This document shows, piece by piece, positions 36,463 to 49,504 of a DNA stretch of 64,000 nt. The position numbers and the translations under genes are program-made. A model generated the notes under the pieces. The model saw nothing but the letters and a program-made list of their open reading frames with translations, searched no databases and had not been told where the DNA came from. Position 1 is the first letter of the stretch, and each line of letters opens with the position of its first letter. This stretch comes from Heterodontus francisci (taxonomy: Eukaryota), in NCBI RefSeq assembly GCF_036365525.1, contig NC_090398.1, positions 19,708,936 through 19,772,935 on the forward strand. Reading direction: 5' to 3'.

Positions 36463-38225
36463 TCAATCAAAGCATTGATATCATTCTGGAGTCGACAGCT
36501 ATCAACTTTACTATCGACTACATGACCAATTTGTGTGACATCTGCAAATTTTCCAATAATGCCTCCGACATTAAAGTCCAAATCATTAATATATACCACA
36601 GACAGCAAGGGAGTCAACAGAGTCCCGTTGAACGCTACTGGAAACCGCTTTCCATTCGCATACATATCCAACGGCCACTACATTTTGTTTCCTGTCCCTG
36701 AACCAATTTTGGATCCAGCTTGCCACATTCCGCTGTATCCCATGGGCTTTCATTTTTCTGACCAGTCTGCCATGTGGGAGCTTGTCAAATGCCTGATTAA
36801 AATCCATGTAGACCACATCCACTGCACTACTCTCATCAATCTTTCCTGTTACTTCCTCAAAAAATTAAATCGAGTTAGTAAGACATGATGTTCCCTTAAC
36901 AAATTCATGCTGACTATCCCTGATTAATCTGTGCCTTTCTCACTGGCAGTTTATCCTATGTCTCAAAATTGATTCTAATAATTTATCTACCACCGAGGAC
37001 AAGCTGACCGGCCTATAATTATTTGGCCTATCCCTCACACCCTTTTTTAACCAATGGTAAACTCTTGCAGACCTCCAATCCTCTAGTATCTCACCTGTTT
37101 CCAGTGAGGATTTGAAGATGATCCTCAGAGCATCCGTTATTTCCTCGCTGGCTTCCTTTGACAACCTTGGATACAATCTGTTCGGCCCTGGTGGTTTATC
37201 CACTTTCAGGGATGTTAGACCCTCTCGTACTTCCTCCCTCATTATGCTTATCATATCTAATATTTCACACTCCTCCTGTTTTATTACAATGTTTGTGTCA
37301 TCCAACTCCTTTGCGAAGACAAAGACAAAAGAACTCATTAAGAACACTGCCCACATCATCTGTGTCCACGCATAAGTTCCCTTGTACATCTCTGATCGGC
37401 CCTATCCTTTCCTGAGTTATCCTCTTGCACTTAATGCACTGACAAAACATCGTTAGGTTTTCCTTGCTTTTACCTGCCAATAATTATTCATGTCCTTCCT
37501 TTGCTTTCCTAATTTCTTCTTTTACTTCACCCCTGCACTTTCTACACTCCTGAAGCCTTTCTACAATATTAAGTTTTTTTGTGACCTCCATAAGCTTTCT
37601 TTTTCTGCTTAATCTTATCCTATATGCTTCTAGATACCCAGAGGGCTAGAGAGTTGGCCGTACCACCCTTTATCTTGTTTGGGACATGCCTATAGAATCT
37701 CGCTTTTGAATGCCTCCCACTGATTTGCCACTGATTTTCCTTCAAGTAGCTGTATCCAGTCCACTTTCGCCAGATGACCTCTCAGTTTTGTAAAAGGTCA
37801 CCAGCTCCAAATGATAACCCATTCCTATTCCATCCATTTTTCCAGCTTCATTATTGAAGATTAAATCTAGAATTGTGCCCCCTTTCGTTGGGCTTGTTAC
37901 GTGCCAGTTAAAAGATTTCTCTTGAATGCAGTTCAAGAATTTTGTGCCCTCTGTGCCCTTCACACTGTTTGTATTCCAGTCGACATTCGGGTAGTTGAAA
38001 TCCTCAACTATTATTGCCCTCCTGTTTTTGCACTCAAACATGTGCCTACATATTTGTTCTTCTATCTCCCTGTCTCTATTTGGGGGTCTATAGTACACTC
38101 CTAATAGTGTGGCTGCCACTTCGGTATTTCTCAGCTCAACCCATATGGCCTCATTGGACGTTTCATTTAGCATATCATCCCTCCTCACAGCTGTTATTGA
38201 TTCCTTTAACCATTAATGCTGCACC
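36463..38225 (-). mobile_element. CR1 LINE ORF2 fragment (endonuclease to RT)
   Basis: LLGVYYRPPN, IIVEDFNYPNVDW, DKPPGPNRLYPR, NYRPVSLSSVV and DFNQAFDKLPH peptides. Confidence 0.9.
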
Positions 38226-38249
38226 AATTCCAAGTTTCCTTCCAAACCA

Positions 38250-38440
38250 CACACCTTTCATTCACTGCTGCTGGGATAAAATACAAGAGCTCCCTTCCTA
38301 ACAGCACTGTGAACAGACCTTCGCAAATGGTCAGCAGCTGTTCAAAACGGGACTCACTACCTGCTCCTCACCGAAAATTAAAATGGACAACAAAAGCTGG
38401 GGTTTCCAGCCACGCCCATGTCTCATGAATGAATAAATAA
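38250..38440 (+). mobile_element. Degenerate 3' end of the LINE family seen at 9976-10413
   Basis: ttcactgctgctggg...cccttcctaacagcactgtg...catgaatgaataaa. Confidence 0.6.
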
Positions 38441-41252
38441 CGTCTCACCAATTTATAACAGTAGGGTCTGGTTACTGTTGTGCTGAGAGCTCAACATCCT
38501 TTGATGCTGATTTATAATGATAAGTTAATTGTCTGGACAACCTTTGCTACTGAAGTTTGTGAAGTAACTCTACCCATTAGTGTTTTCGCACTCCATTGTT
38601 CGAAAAATCTTTTTATATGTGTTACTGCTTATTAATCTCCTGTGTGCTAAACTTTAACTTGCAGCTCTAATTTGTGACTGCTTAATTTGTTTAGTGCATG
38701 AAGTTGGGTTTGGATTCTTCCTTCTCATTTGCGAGAAATTTTCTCACTCAGGAGCTTGGGGATAAGTTAATCGATGGTTAATAAATTGCATTCTTTTTGA
38801 TCCGAACTGGGTAAAATGCAACAGAGATCGTGAACTTAGTCAAACATTATTCATCCCTCCACCTACACTGGAACGTAACCACCTAACCCAACCGCCTCCC
38901 ACCAATCCCAGACAATTCCTTACTCAGGAGTTAAAAGAGGGAATGTAGGATGTGTCTGATGTTTCAGCTGTTATCTTTCAGGATAGCAAAACGCAGCTGT
39001 TTTACAAAAGGATCTCCACAACTTCGGATAATACTTGGATTCACAGCACAGGATATACAGGATATTCCATGCACCTGTTGCAGTGTATGAGCACAGTAAA
39101 AATGCACGATGAGAATTACGCTATTTGAACTTCATTAAGGTGCAGGAAACTGAGTTGTCAAGTTTTTTTTGATTTATTAAATTAGGGACAGGTATCACAG
39201 ACTATCCCATTACAAACTGTCAGGATAAATTTGCGAATTTCTATAATAACGTTCAGTATTAGAATTCTCATTCTCTTCCACACTGAAGTATATGACGTGT
39301 CAGGAGTATTCCATTTCTAATTTCACATTTTGTAGATCATTATGATTGAACTCCGTGTCGCAGTGATGAATTTGTAAAAAAAACTTTGGCCATCCCCTCA
39401 TCATCATAAAACTGACATTTTATCCGAAGGAATCCTATGTTCTAAAGATATAAAGCGTAATTTTGTATAATTTATTCAAAACTGGAATTGTGAAGTCCTG
39501 GAAACTTTGCCAACTATGGAGTGGGAAATCTGGCACTGCACAGAGAGGTAATTATATATTGAAAACAGGTTATGGACAAATGGCAACCTGTGAGGCTATT
39601 GGAGCTCTGGCATATTCTTGTTAACAGATTATTAAATATGTTTGGTTTAATAGAGGGTATCTCAGAATGAATGAAAATCATGCCACATAAGTAACACTGG
39701 AAAAGCATTGATATCGTTTCTGTGGGATTTGGTCATTTAAAGCAGTCTAACTGTGCTGGGTTATTGGATTACAGCTCTGTCCTCCTCTTTCCACAAACAC
39801 TTAAATTCTTTTCTTCAAGTACACATCTGTTTCCCCTTAACCTTTCCTCTAAAGCAAAGAATTCCATGCTCCAACAACCTTTGCATAAAGAAGTTTCTGC
39901 TAATCTCTCTGCTTTGTGAACATGTTAAGCTGATCACCTTTCTCACTGACTAACCAACTAGGCAGAAAAATCTCCCTCACTTCATTTCACCAAAACTGTG
40001 CATAATATTTAAATCCAGTATTAAGTTTTCTCTTAGTTTTCTCTTCTCCAGTGTATATCGATGCAATGTCCTGTTTTTCATCATCAATACCGTTCTGATC
40101 CCTGGCACCACACAGGTGTGTCTACGTTATCTGCTCTCTGCTCGAAAAGCCTTTCCAAAAGATGGAAGATATATCTAGTAGCCTAATGGCGGCCTTAGCA
40201 GCTTTTTACTTGTTTACTCTTGTGGTTTTACCAAATTTTTGTTGTGTTTTTTTTTCTTGTGTACTTTGCACCAGGACAGTCGTTTTCTCAGAAATTAGCA
40301 TTTGTGTCCCTTGAGGATATTGTTCATCCACACCCTGCAGCTCCTTTTCATTGAGGAGGTGCTCCTATTCTTTGGAGTTCCTGGCAAATTGAAGAGAGAT
40401 GGCAGATGAACAATTTGTAATTGATTCAAACTTCTGGGTATTTATTCTATTATTTTGTGGAATAATGTGCCAACACATCATAAGCTGATTATTACCAAAA
40501 CTCCTTTCTGACTGTCTGCAGACATTCAGTTAAAGACCAAATGTTCAATGTCAGTTTGACATTTTTTTGAATTTGACATTTTTTTTGCATGTATATAATA
40601 GTTAATAACTTTATGATAAATTATTTATTACTACATTCCTTTAACATTCAGTTTCGGAAACTGGTACAGGATAGCAATACTAGTACTCATGATACTGTTA
40701 TCAACTGTACAAGATGAAAACAGCAAGCTCTATCTATGATGAGTGAGAGACACCAGTCAGTGGACAATCAACATTTCAATTCAGTATCTGGGGCAAAAGA
40801 GGTTAAACGTCACATTGATCAGTGTCGAGTTCTGACAGTTTCCTCCATTTGAAAACTTCCCTGAATGTTACCAATATCGACGATCGCAGGACCTTTGTTT
40901 CTGCACTAAGTGAAGCCTTACTGATTAATTTATCTTGTGTGCCCAATACCAGTAGTTCGAAAGTAAGGTGGTTCCCTCTGTTACCCACATGCATGACGCC
41001 ACTGCTAAAATCCATCATTGTTATCTTTGAAACGTGAACTTGAAATGTGCTGAATTTACAGGAATAAGTTATGTTTACTCAGTGAATGATGGGTGAAGAA
41101 AGAATGTAATGAAGGGATAAAACGTATGGTACAAAATGGAAGAACAGTGCGCAAAAGAGCTCATCGAATTTTCAAATTTCAAAAAGAAGGACCTTGTACG
41201 GTAGGAAATGAATTGAAATTGAGCTTCAGATGTGAACAGGCTTTCTGTAATT

Positions 41253-42163
41253 TTATCTGCATTTTCTAACTAATTTCAAAAGTACTGCCCGGGGAGATTT
41301 CAACACATTCTTCAGCTCTTCTCTGAATTTTCTCTGGGTCACTACATAAATACATGGGTTTTGAATACAACTCAAACATTTAAGGCATGTTCCAGTTTCA
41401 GTGGCGATATATCCGGGGGCCCTGCGGTCACCACGGTCATTATTGGTGTCGGTTAGTCTGGTCGACACAAAACTCACGGCAGCTGTCAACCACAACAGTA
41501 TAAAACTGCCCGATACAGTGAACAATAAAATAATGGATTTCCTGCGATTCTCCATTTCTGAATCACTGCGATTCTCACTCCTGTTACCCTGGAGTTTCCT
41601 GCGGGTTCTATTGGCCACTAAAATACGTCCAATGGTTGAACAATTAAATGAGACAATTAAAGTAAAAGGAAGCCAAACGAGCCAGGCGCTGTAAAACCAG
41701 ACACACGCTGTACCGAGTGGTGAGGAAAAAAATTCCACACTTGCCCGACAGCCCCACTGCACCTTGTTAATTGTTTGCTGAGGTTCATATGCAAATAAAA
41801 AGAGAATGTTCTTGAACAAACACAAGAAACAGAACACTGTTATAACCACGCCTGCAGTTCTTGCAGTGCAATATCTTGTTTTAAACTTCTGGAAGCAGAC
41901 AGCTACAAAACGATCAAATGTGAAGGAGACTGTGAACCAAACAGATAAATCAAAGGTGATAGCTGTTATGTATATAACAATGCTACACACGGGGGTGTAA
42001 GACAGGAAGGAAAGTGGAAAGTGATAACTAAAAATACGATACACCATTACATTGATGATCATGACCAGGAGATCTGCTGTTGCCATGGCCACCATATAAA
42101 CAGAAATACATTTGGAAAGACCACAGTTTCTTCGGGAGAGAATCACAATCGCCACCAAGTTCA
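41253..42163 (-). CDS. GPR139/GPR142-like class A GPCR copy 3, exon 2 (full protein 326 aa, intact)
   Basis: Acceptor tttttttacag| on the minus strand. NLVAIVILSRRNCGLSKCISVYMVAMATADLLV, TFDRFVAVC, WGC, FILLW, QNPCIY, KFREELK; no internal stops. Confidence 0.93.
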
Positions 42164-42571
42164 CTGTAAAAAAGAGAGACGAGATAAATAACATTTTAGT
42201 GGCTGTTTGAAATATATATGGTGATATCTCTTAACAGCATTTTACTCCATTCAGTATGATTTAATCAGATTAACTGTGAAGTAATTTCCTGGGAAACCTG
42301 ACCATATAATTTAATGAGCTGTTGCAGCCCTCACTGTGCATGGGTGACACTTGATTCTTTCTATTGGACCTTGAAAGAACATTACGACACCAGTAAGGCT
42401 ATCAGATTAATGGAAACAGAGAAAGTGTGGATACCAAGTTCACGAGTTTGCTCCGGTAACCACCGATTGTGTAATGCTGACATCGGAGAAACATGTTATC
42501 TTATTCAACATGCAGTATAAACAAAGTGATAGTTCATACAGGTGACGAACAAATAGTTTATGATGGCTCAC

Positions 42572-42641
42572 CAAGGACACCCAGGGATGCGAGAATGGGG
42601 TAGTAAATGTCTTTCATCAGCAGAATAGCCGGTTTCCCCAT
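42572..42641 (-). CDS. GPR139/GPR142-like GPCR copy 3, coding exon 1 (MGKPAILLMKDIYYPILASLGVL)
   Basis: 70 nt, the same length and phase as copy 2 exon 1; donor G|GTGAG; DIYY.IL..LG motif; 408-nt intron. Confidence 0.87.
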
Positions 42642-42715
42642 TTTATGTGAGAATGGATGGAATCTGTAGGAGCTGAAAGACTGGTGCACTTCTGAACTTG
42701 TACAAGGGAACCTAT

Positions 42716-42722
42716 ATTTATA
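42716..42722 (-). promoter_or_regulatory. Candidate TATA box of GPCR copy 3
   Basis: TATAAAT on the minus strand ~75-80 nt upstream of ATG 42641. Confidence 0.55.
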
Positions 42723-43069
42723 CTCGCTTTAATCCTCCAAGGAGTCAATCTGCTTTAATTATAATTAACATTGGTGGTAGTCATTTCATAAATAAACTCA
42801 GTAAATTGATTTCTGACATTTCACATTTGGGAAAAGATTAACACGATGGCAATTTTAAAACACAAAATTAAAACATTATTTACAAATTGAATGACTGTGG
42901 ATCCTATTCCCACAGGACCAGCCAATGTCGCTCGCTTTGCACGAATTGTCCTGACGCTGACCTTCACTCTAACCTATTGATTCAACACCTGCAGATCAGG
43001 CAGCAGAAGAACTACTGCAATATTTGTGATAAAAATGGTCCTGAAACAATACAGTGGAGTATAGTTTTC

Positions 43070-45160
43070 TGAGACTAGTAGGACCACTGCATGTAAACAG
43101 AGGTCTTCAGGCTTATCCTTGTTAGAGTTACACCACATTCACACTAGAGGTGGCCATATGCCTCCAGAACTAGTGGTACCCTTCGATTATGCTGGAGGAT
43201 ACAGGATGTCCCTGTAATAGTGGTGTGACATCACTTACTCTAGAGGTGACCATATTCCTTTCATACTAATAGCATCTATGATTACAGTAAACGTGTCCAT
43301 CTTCCTCTGAACTAGTAGCACCTACACTGACAGGAAATGTGACCATCCTGCTCCAATACTAGTGGTTCCCTACACTTACAATGGAGATAAAAACCATTGT
43401 CTGATACTCTTGATTCCCTTTATTTACTGCAGAGGTGGTCAATGGTGGTAACCCTACACTCATATAAGGTACGTAATTACCTATAATTGCAATGGAGGTA
43501 ACAGTGCTCCTCCGTTACTACTGGTTCTCTGCACTTACATAAGAACTAAAGAACATAAGAGATATGATTAGGAGTAGGCCATATGTCTCTCAAATCTGCT
43601 CTGATACTCAATGCGATCACTGTTGATCTTTTTTCTCAACTCCACTTTTATGTCCATTCTCTATTCCATGAAAGGCTATGAATGTATCTATCTCAGCATT
43701 AAGCATATTTTTCAAGGATGGCGCATCCACTCGTCTCTGGGGTACACAATTCCAATGATTCACAACCCTTTCAGTGAAGAAATTTCCCCTCAGCACAGTC
43801 ATCATCTTAACCCTAACCCTTATCCTGAGACTATGGCCCCACATGTTCTAGATTCCACAGGATTGCAATTCAAACCGTTTAGTCCAACAAACCCCTTCAG
43901 ATTCTTATTTGTTTCAATGAGACCGCCTCTCATTCTTCTAAACTCCAAAGAGTATCGGCCCAATTTACTCAGCATATCATCATAGGACAACTCACTCATC
44001 CCAGCAACCAATCTGGTGAACTGCTTCCAAAACAATTATAATTTGCCTTTGATATGCAGACTGAAACTGTGCAAAGTACACTCGGAATGGTCTCACCAGA
44101 GCCCTGTACAATTGTAGCTAGACATCCTTATTACAGTATCCTGATCTCCTTGCAGTAAAAGCCAACATCCCATTTGTCTTCCTAATTGCTTGCTCTTCCT
44201 GCATGCTATTTTGTCGGCATTCCTTGTACGAGCATACCCAACTCAGTCTGAACATCAACATTTAGAAGTTTCTCAACTTTTAAAAAATCAGCCGTTTTTC
44301 CTTACTACCAAAGTGAATAACCTTACACTTCCCCACATTATACACCATCTACCACCCCTTTGCCCACTCACTTAACCTGTCTATATCTCTTGCAGTCGTT
44401 TTGTGTCCTCTTCACAAACGAAAGGTGTATGTCCTACTCCAGCACAAGTGCAGCAACCACAATTGCACTGGAGGTGATCGTGCATCTCTGGTCCTAGCGA
44501 CACTCTACACTTAGACTAAAAGGTTTTCCTCCAGTATGAGTAGTAGACCTGCACATGAATTAGAGGAGACCACGCTCCTCCAGTCCAAGTAGTGGCCTGA
44601 ACTCACACTGGAGATGGACTGCCAACCCCGATGTGAGTGCAATCCAAAACTTACTTTCGAGATACCATTCTTCTTCCAGTGCCAGTGATAACCCAACATT
44701 TACACTAGAGGTAAAAATGCTCCTCTGGTACTGGTGGTGCCCTATCCTTGGGCGAGATAATATAGTGTTCCTCTGGAATACAGTGGAGACATATATGCTG
44801 CTTCAGTACCAGTGGTACCCTGCAATTGCACTAATGATGACAATTGTCCTTTGGTGCGAGTGGTAAACTGCACTTATACAAGAAATGAAAGTGTCCAACC
44901 GGTACCACCAGTAACACACAGTTACACCAGAAATGTTCATGCTCCTCTGTTACTCGTGCTGCAACATCAACTATGCTTGATCTGACAGTGCTGTTCTGGT
45001 CCTAGCAATGCCCATACACATACACCAGGTATGATCGTGCTCTTCTGGCACGAGTGCTGTTCCTGCACATGTACTGGTTGTGAGTAAGCTCCAAAGTAAC
45101 TTGTGGTTCCCTGCACATGCATTATAAGTTACTGTGCTCCTCTGTTAATAGTGTGCTTGA
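43070..45160 (-). repeat. Degenerate satellite (~46-48 bp unit) related to the 13.7-19.7 kb array, interrupted by CR1 (43540-44420)
   Basis: Recurrent + strand motif (c)ACTAGAGGTGACCGTGCTCCTCTGGTACTAGTGGTACCCTACACTT; its reverse complement resembles GGAGTACGGTCATCACCAGT. Confidence 0.75.
43540..44420 (-). mobile_element. CR1 LINE 3' portion
   Basis: Minus ORFs YSLEFRRMRGGLIET and NFFTERVVNHWN; 3' end tcttatgttct. Confidence 0.85.
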
Positions 45161-45164
45161 CAAA

Positions 45165-48100
45165 CACATCTGCAGGAAGTGTAACCAGCTGCAGAAGCTT
45201 GAACTCTAGCTGTGGCTGGAGTCACTGTGGTGCATCCGCGAGGTAGAGAACGATGTTGAAAGTGCATTTCAGGAAGTATTCACCCCAGAGCATACGAAAT
45301 CGCATGGAGAGAGTGACTGGGTGCTGCCAGACAGACAGGAAGGTCAAGGCAGGAGACCCTAGGGAACATCACACTTTTTAACCAGTATTCAGTTGTGAGT
45401 ACCGATTGAAGAGAGGGTTCCTCTGGAGAGTGCAGTGAAAGTCATGACCAGAGAACCATGGATGGCTCATCTGTGCAGGGAGCGAGAATAACAGACAAGA
45501 GAGCAATAGTGGTAGAGGATTCCATAGTTAGTGGAACCGATAGGCGTTTCTGTGGTCGCAGACATGATTCCAGGATGGTATGTTACCTCCCTGGTGTAAG
45601 GGTCATGGATATCACTGAGCGGCGACAGGGCATTCTGGAGGGTGAGGGTGCACAGACAGAGGTTGTGGTACACATTGGTACCAACACTATAGGAAGAAAG
45701 AGAGATGAGGTCCTTCAGGCTGAGTACAGGGAATTAGGAAAGAGATTAGCAAGCAGGACCTCAAGGGTCGTCATCTCTTGATTACTCACAAGGCCACGTG
45801 CTAGTGAGTATAGAAATAGGAGAATACACCAGATGAATGTGTGGCTGGAGAGATGGTGCAGGAGGGAGGGCTTCAAATTTCTGAGACATTGGGACCTGTT
45901 CTGGGGACAGTGGAACGTGTGCAAGCAAGACGGTCCACACCTGAATAGGACTGGGACAAATATCCTTGCAGGAAGGTTTGCTAGTGCTGTTGGGGATGGT
46001 TTAAACTAGTTTGGCAGGGGGATGGGAACCTGAGAGAAGCTTCAGATAGGATAATTCCAGGCCAGGGAATGGAAGGCAGAAAATTGGCGGGTGACTCAGC
46101 AAAACAGAAGAAGCAATGGTTAAAAAGTGTGAAGAACAGGAATTTGGCAGTGTTAAAAGGTATTTATTTAAATGCATGGAGGATAGTAACTAAAGTCGAT
46201 GAGCTGGCGGCCCAGATAGACACGACAACACAATATTGTTGCTATAACGGACATTTCGCTTAAAGTGGGGCAGGAATGGCAGCTCAATAGCCCTAGATAC
46301 AGAGTTTTTAGGTGGGAAAGAGAGGAGAATAAAGAAAGGAAAGGGTGTAACATTATTGGTTCGGGAATCAATAACAGCTGTGAGGAGGGATGATCTGTCA
46401 AATGATTCATCAAATGAGGCCAAATGTGTGGAAATCAGAAATAAAAGGAGCAGCCACAGTACTGTGAGTGTACTGTAGACCCCCAAATAGTGAGAGTAAG
46501 ATCAAGTAACAAATATGTCGGCAAATGTTTGAGTGTAAAACTCTACAGTGATAATAGTTGGGTATTTCAGTTATCCTAATATCAACTGGAATACAAGCAG
46601 TGTGAATGGCACAGAGGGCACAAAATTCTTGAACTGCATTCAAGGGAACTTTTTTACCCAGCACATAACAAGCCCAATGGAAGGGGGTGCAATTCTAGAT
46701 TTAGTCTTCGGTAATGAAGCTGGGCAAGTCGATGAAGTGACAGTGGGTGAACATTTTGGAGATAGAGATCATAACAGTTAGTTTTAGCATAATCATGGAA
46801 AAGTACAAAGATAAGACAGGAGTGAAAAGTTCTAAATTAGGGGAAGACAAATGTTATGAAACTGAGAGGCGATCTGGAAAAAGTGGACTGGATACAGCTA
46901 CATGAGGGAAAATCAATGGCAAACCAGTGGGAGGCATTCAAAAGTGAGATTCTACAGGCACAGTGCAAGCATGTCCCCACAAAGGTAAAGGGTGGTACGG
47001 CCAAACCTCGAGCCCCCTGGTTATCAAGAGGCATATATGGTAAGATGAAGCACAGAAAGACTTCATATGACGATCGCAAGAAAACATAATACTTTAGAAA
47101 GTGTAGAGGAGTATAGAAAGTGCAGGGGTGAAGTCAAAAAGGAAATTAGAAAAGCAAAGCGAGGGCATGAAAAAATATTGGCAGGTAAAAGCAAGGAAAA
47201 CCTAAAGATGTATTATCATATTAAGAGCAAGAGGATAACAAAGGAAACAGTCGGGCCTATCAGAGATGTATAAGGGAAGTTACATGTGGATGCAAATGAT
47301 GTGGGCAGGGTTTGTAATGAGTTTTTTGCCTCTGTCTTCACAAAGGAGAGGGATGATGCAGACATTGTAGTAAAAGAGGAGGAGTGTGAAATATTAGATA
47401 CAATTAGCATAATGAGAGAAGAAGTACAAGAGGGACTGGCATCCGTGAAAGTGGATAAATCACCAGGGCCAGACGGATTGCATCCCTGGTTGTTAAAGGA
47501 AGCCAGGGAGGAAATAACAGATGCACTAAGGATCATCTTCAAATCCTCACTGGATACGGGTGAGCTGCCACAGGATTGGAGGTCTGTGAACGTTATACCA
47601 TTATTTAAAAAAGGAGCAAGTGATCGGCCAAATAATTATAGGCCGGTCATTCTAACCTCAGTGGTGGGTAAATTATTGGAATCAATTCTGAGGGACAGGA
47701 TAAATTGCCAGTTAGAAAGGCACGGACTGATCAGGGACAGTCGGCATGGATTTGTTGGGTGAAGTTCATATCTTACTTCCTGAATTGAATTCTTTGAGGA
47801 AGTAACAAGGAGTATTGATGAGGGTACTGCAGTGGATTTTAGTAAGGCAATTGATAAGGTACCACATGGCAGACTGGTCAGTAAAATGAAAGCCCATGTG
47901 ATACAGGGGGAATGTGGCCTGTTGGATCCAAAATTGACTCAGTGACAAAAAAAACAAAGGGTAGTAGTTGACGGATGCTTTTATGAATGGAATGTTGTTT
48001 GCAGCAGCGTTCCACAGGGCTCAGTGTTGGGCCCCTTGTTGTTTGTGGTCTATATTAATGAGTTGGACTTAAATATGGGAGGCATAAATGGGAAATCTGC

Positions 48101-48225
48101 AGATGAGACAAAAATTGGTCGTGTAGTGGATAGTGAAGAGAATGGCTGTAGACTCCAGAATGATATCAATGGTTTAGTTGAGTGGGCAGAAACGTGGCAA
48201 ATGGAATTTAATCCAGAGAATCTCA
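45165..48225 (+). mobile_element. Large CR1 LINE fragment: ORF1 (SGNH esterase-like) and ORF2 (APE endonuclease + RT), degenerate
   Basis: ORF1: HICRKC, RAIVVEDSIV..., VVVHIGTN and DGPHLN. ORF2: YLNAWRIV, ILDLVFGNE, DKSPGPDGLHP, NYRPVILTSVVGKLLE and GPLLFVVYINEL. Confidence 0.92.
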
Positions 48226-48234
48226 GGTCTAATT

Positions 48235-49500
48235 AGATAGACATACACAAGAATACAATCAGACACTTAAGATATAAGGTCAAAAGGACAGAGAGAGAGA
48301 GATTCATACACAGAGATAAAGATTCATCTGCAGGGTTACAGGAGTCAGGCACAAAGCAATGCAGAGTTAGTCAAACTTGAGAGCAGAGTTGGACCCGCAG
48401 GCATAAAGCGTCAGACAGACTGTAACAGAGAGACAGATGCACCAGTAGACTTAATTCATACAGGTATACAGGGTCAGACACACTGAGATATACACCCAGA
48501 TGCATAGCACTAAATAAGTCAGACACACCGAGATACAGTTTCATTGACTCAGGGACACATAATCAGACACACGACGATTCATAGTCAACTACAGTGGGAT
48601 ACCGAGTCACGTGGAAAGGTATGAAGTGTCAGACACACAAACATAAGAAGTCAGACATGAAGGGGCAGAGACAGACACACTAGGACACAGAATCAGACAT
48701 GCAGGTACAGAACACAACACATAGAGAACCAGGGTCAGACTCACACAAGGGTACAGAGAAAGAGAAAAAAATGCGACACAGGCTCAGATGCACAAGAATA
48801 TATAAAGAGATACATGGGGATATGGAGTCATAAATATAGTGTCTCACAGTCAGAGACACAGGGATACAGAAGCAGTCAAAATAGAGTCAGACACACAGGA
48901 ATATAGAGCTGAACATGCAGAGATAGAAATTCAGAAACAGTGGGGTACAGAGTCAGAGACACTTGGATACAGAATCAGGCACACTGGAATACAGAGTCAC
49001 AGACACGGAGATTAAAGGATCACAGAGGTTCAGAGCCATACAAACAGAGATACAGAGTCACAGAGATACAGGGTCAGACACACGGACGTACAGGGTCATA
49101 CTCAGAGAGATACAGGGTTATACACGCAGAGCTGAAGAGCCACAGAGATACAGAATCAGATACACAGTGATATGAGAGATTCGGAGTCAGACACATAGAG
49201 ATACAGAATTATAAACAGAGAGATACAGAGTCATACGCATAGCATTACAGGGTGAGGCACAGAGACACAGAGTCAGATGCACAGAGATGCAGTCACTGAA
49301 ATACAGAGTCATAGAGATACTGATCAAATACACACAGAGGTACAGAGTCACAGAGATACCAGCTGAGATGCACAGAGATACAGGGTCACAGAGATACAGG
49401 GTCAAACGCACAGAGGTACAGAGTCATAGAGATACAGGTTGAGATGCATAGAGATACAGAGCCAGAGAGATACAGGATATGATACACAGCAACATAGAGT
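48235..49500. repeat. Degenerate GA/CA-rich satellite (GAGATACAGAGTCAGACACAC)
   Basis: Visible recurrent motif; continues at 50075-50220 and 52415-53765. Confidence 0.85.
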
Positions 49501-49504
49501 CGGG

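Noticed and set aside
42731-42745. Olf/EBF (O/E) sites in the GPCR promoters (CTCCAAGGAG; CCCAACAGGG at ~19984)
   Set aside because: Poor match to TCCCNNGGGA in sequence or spacing; not supportable.
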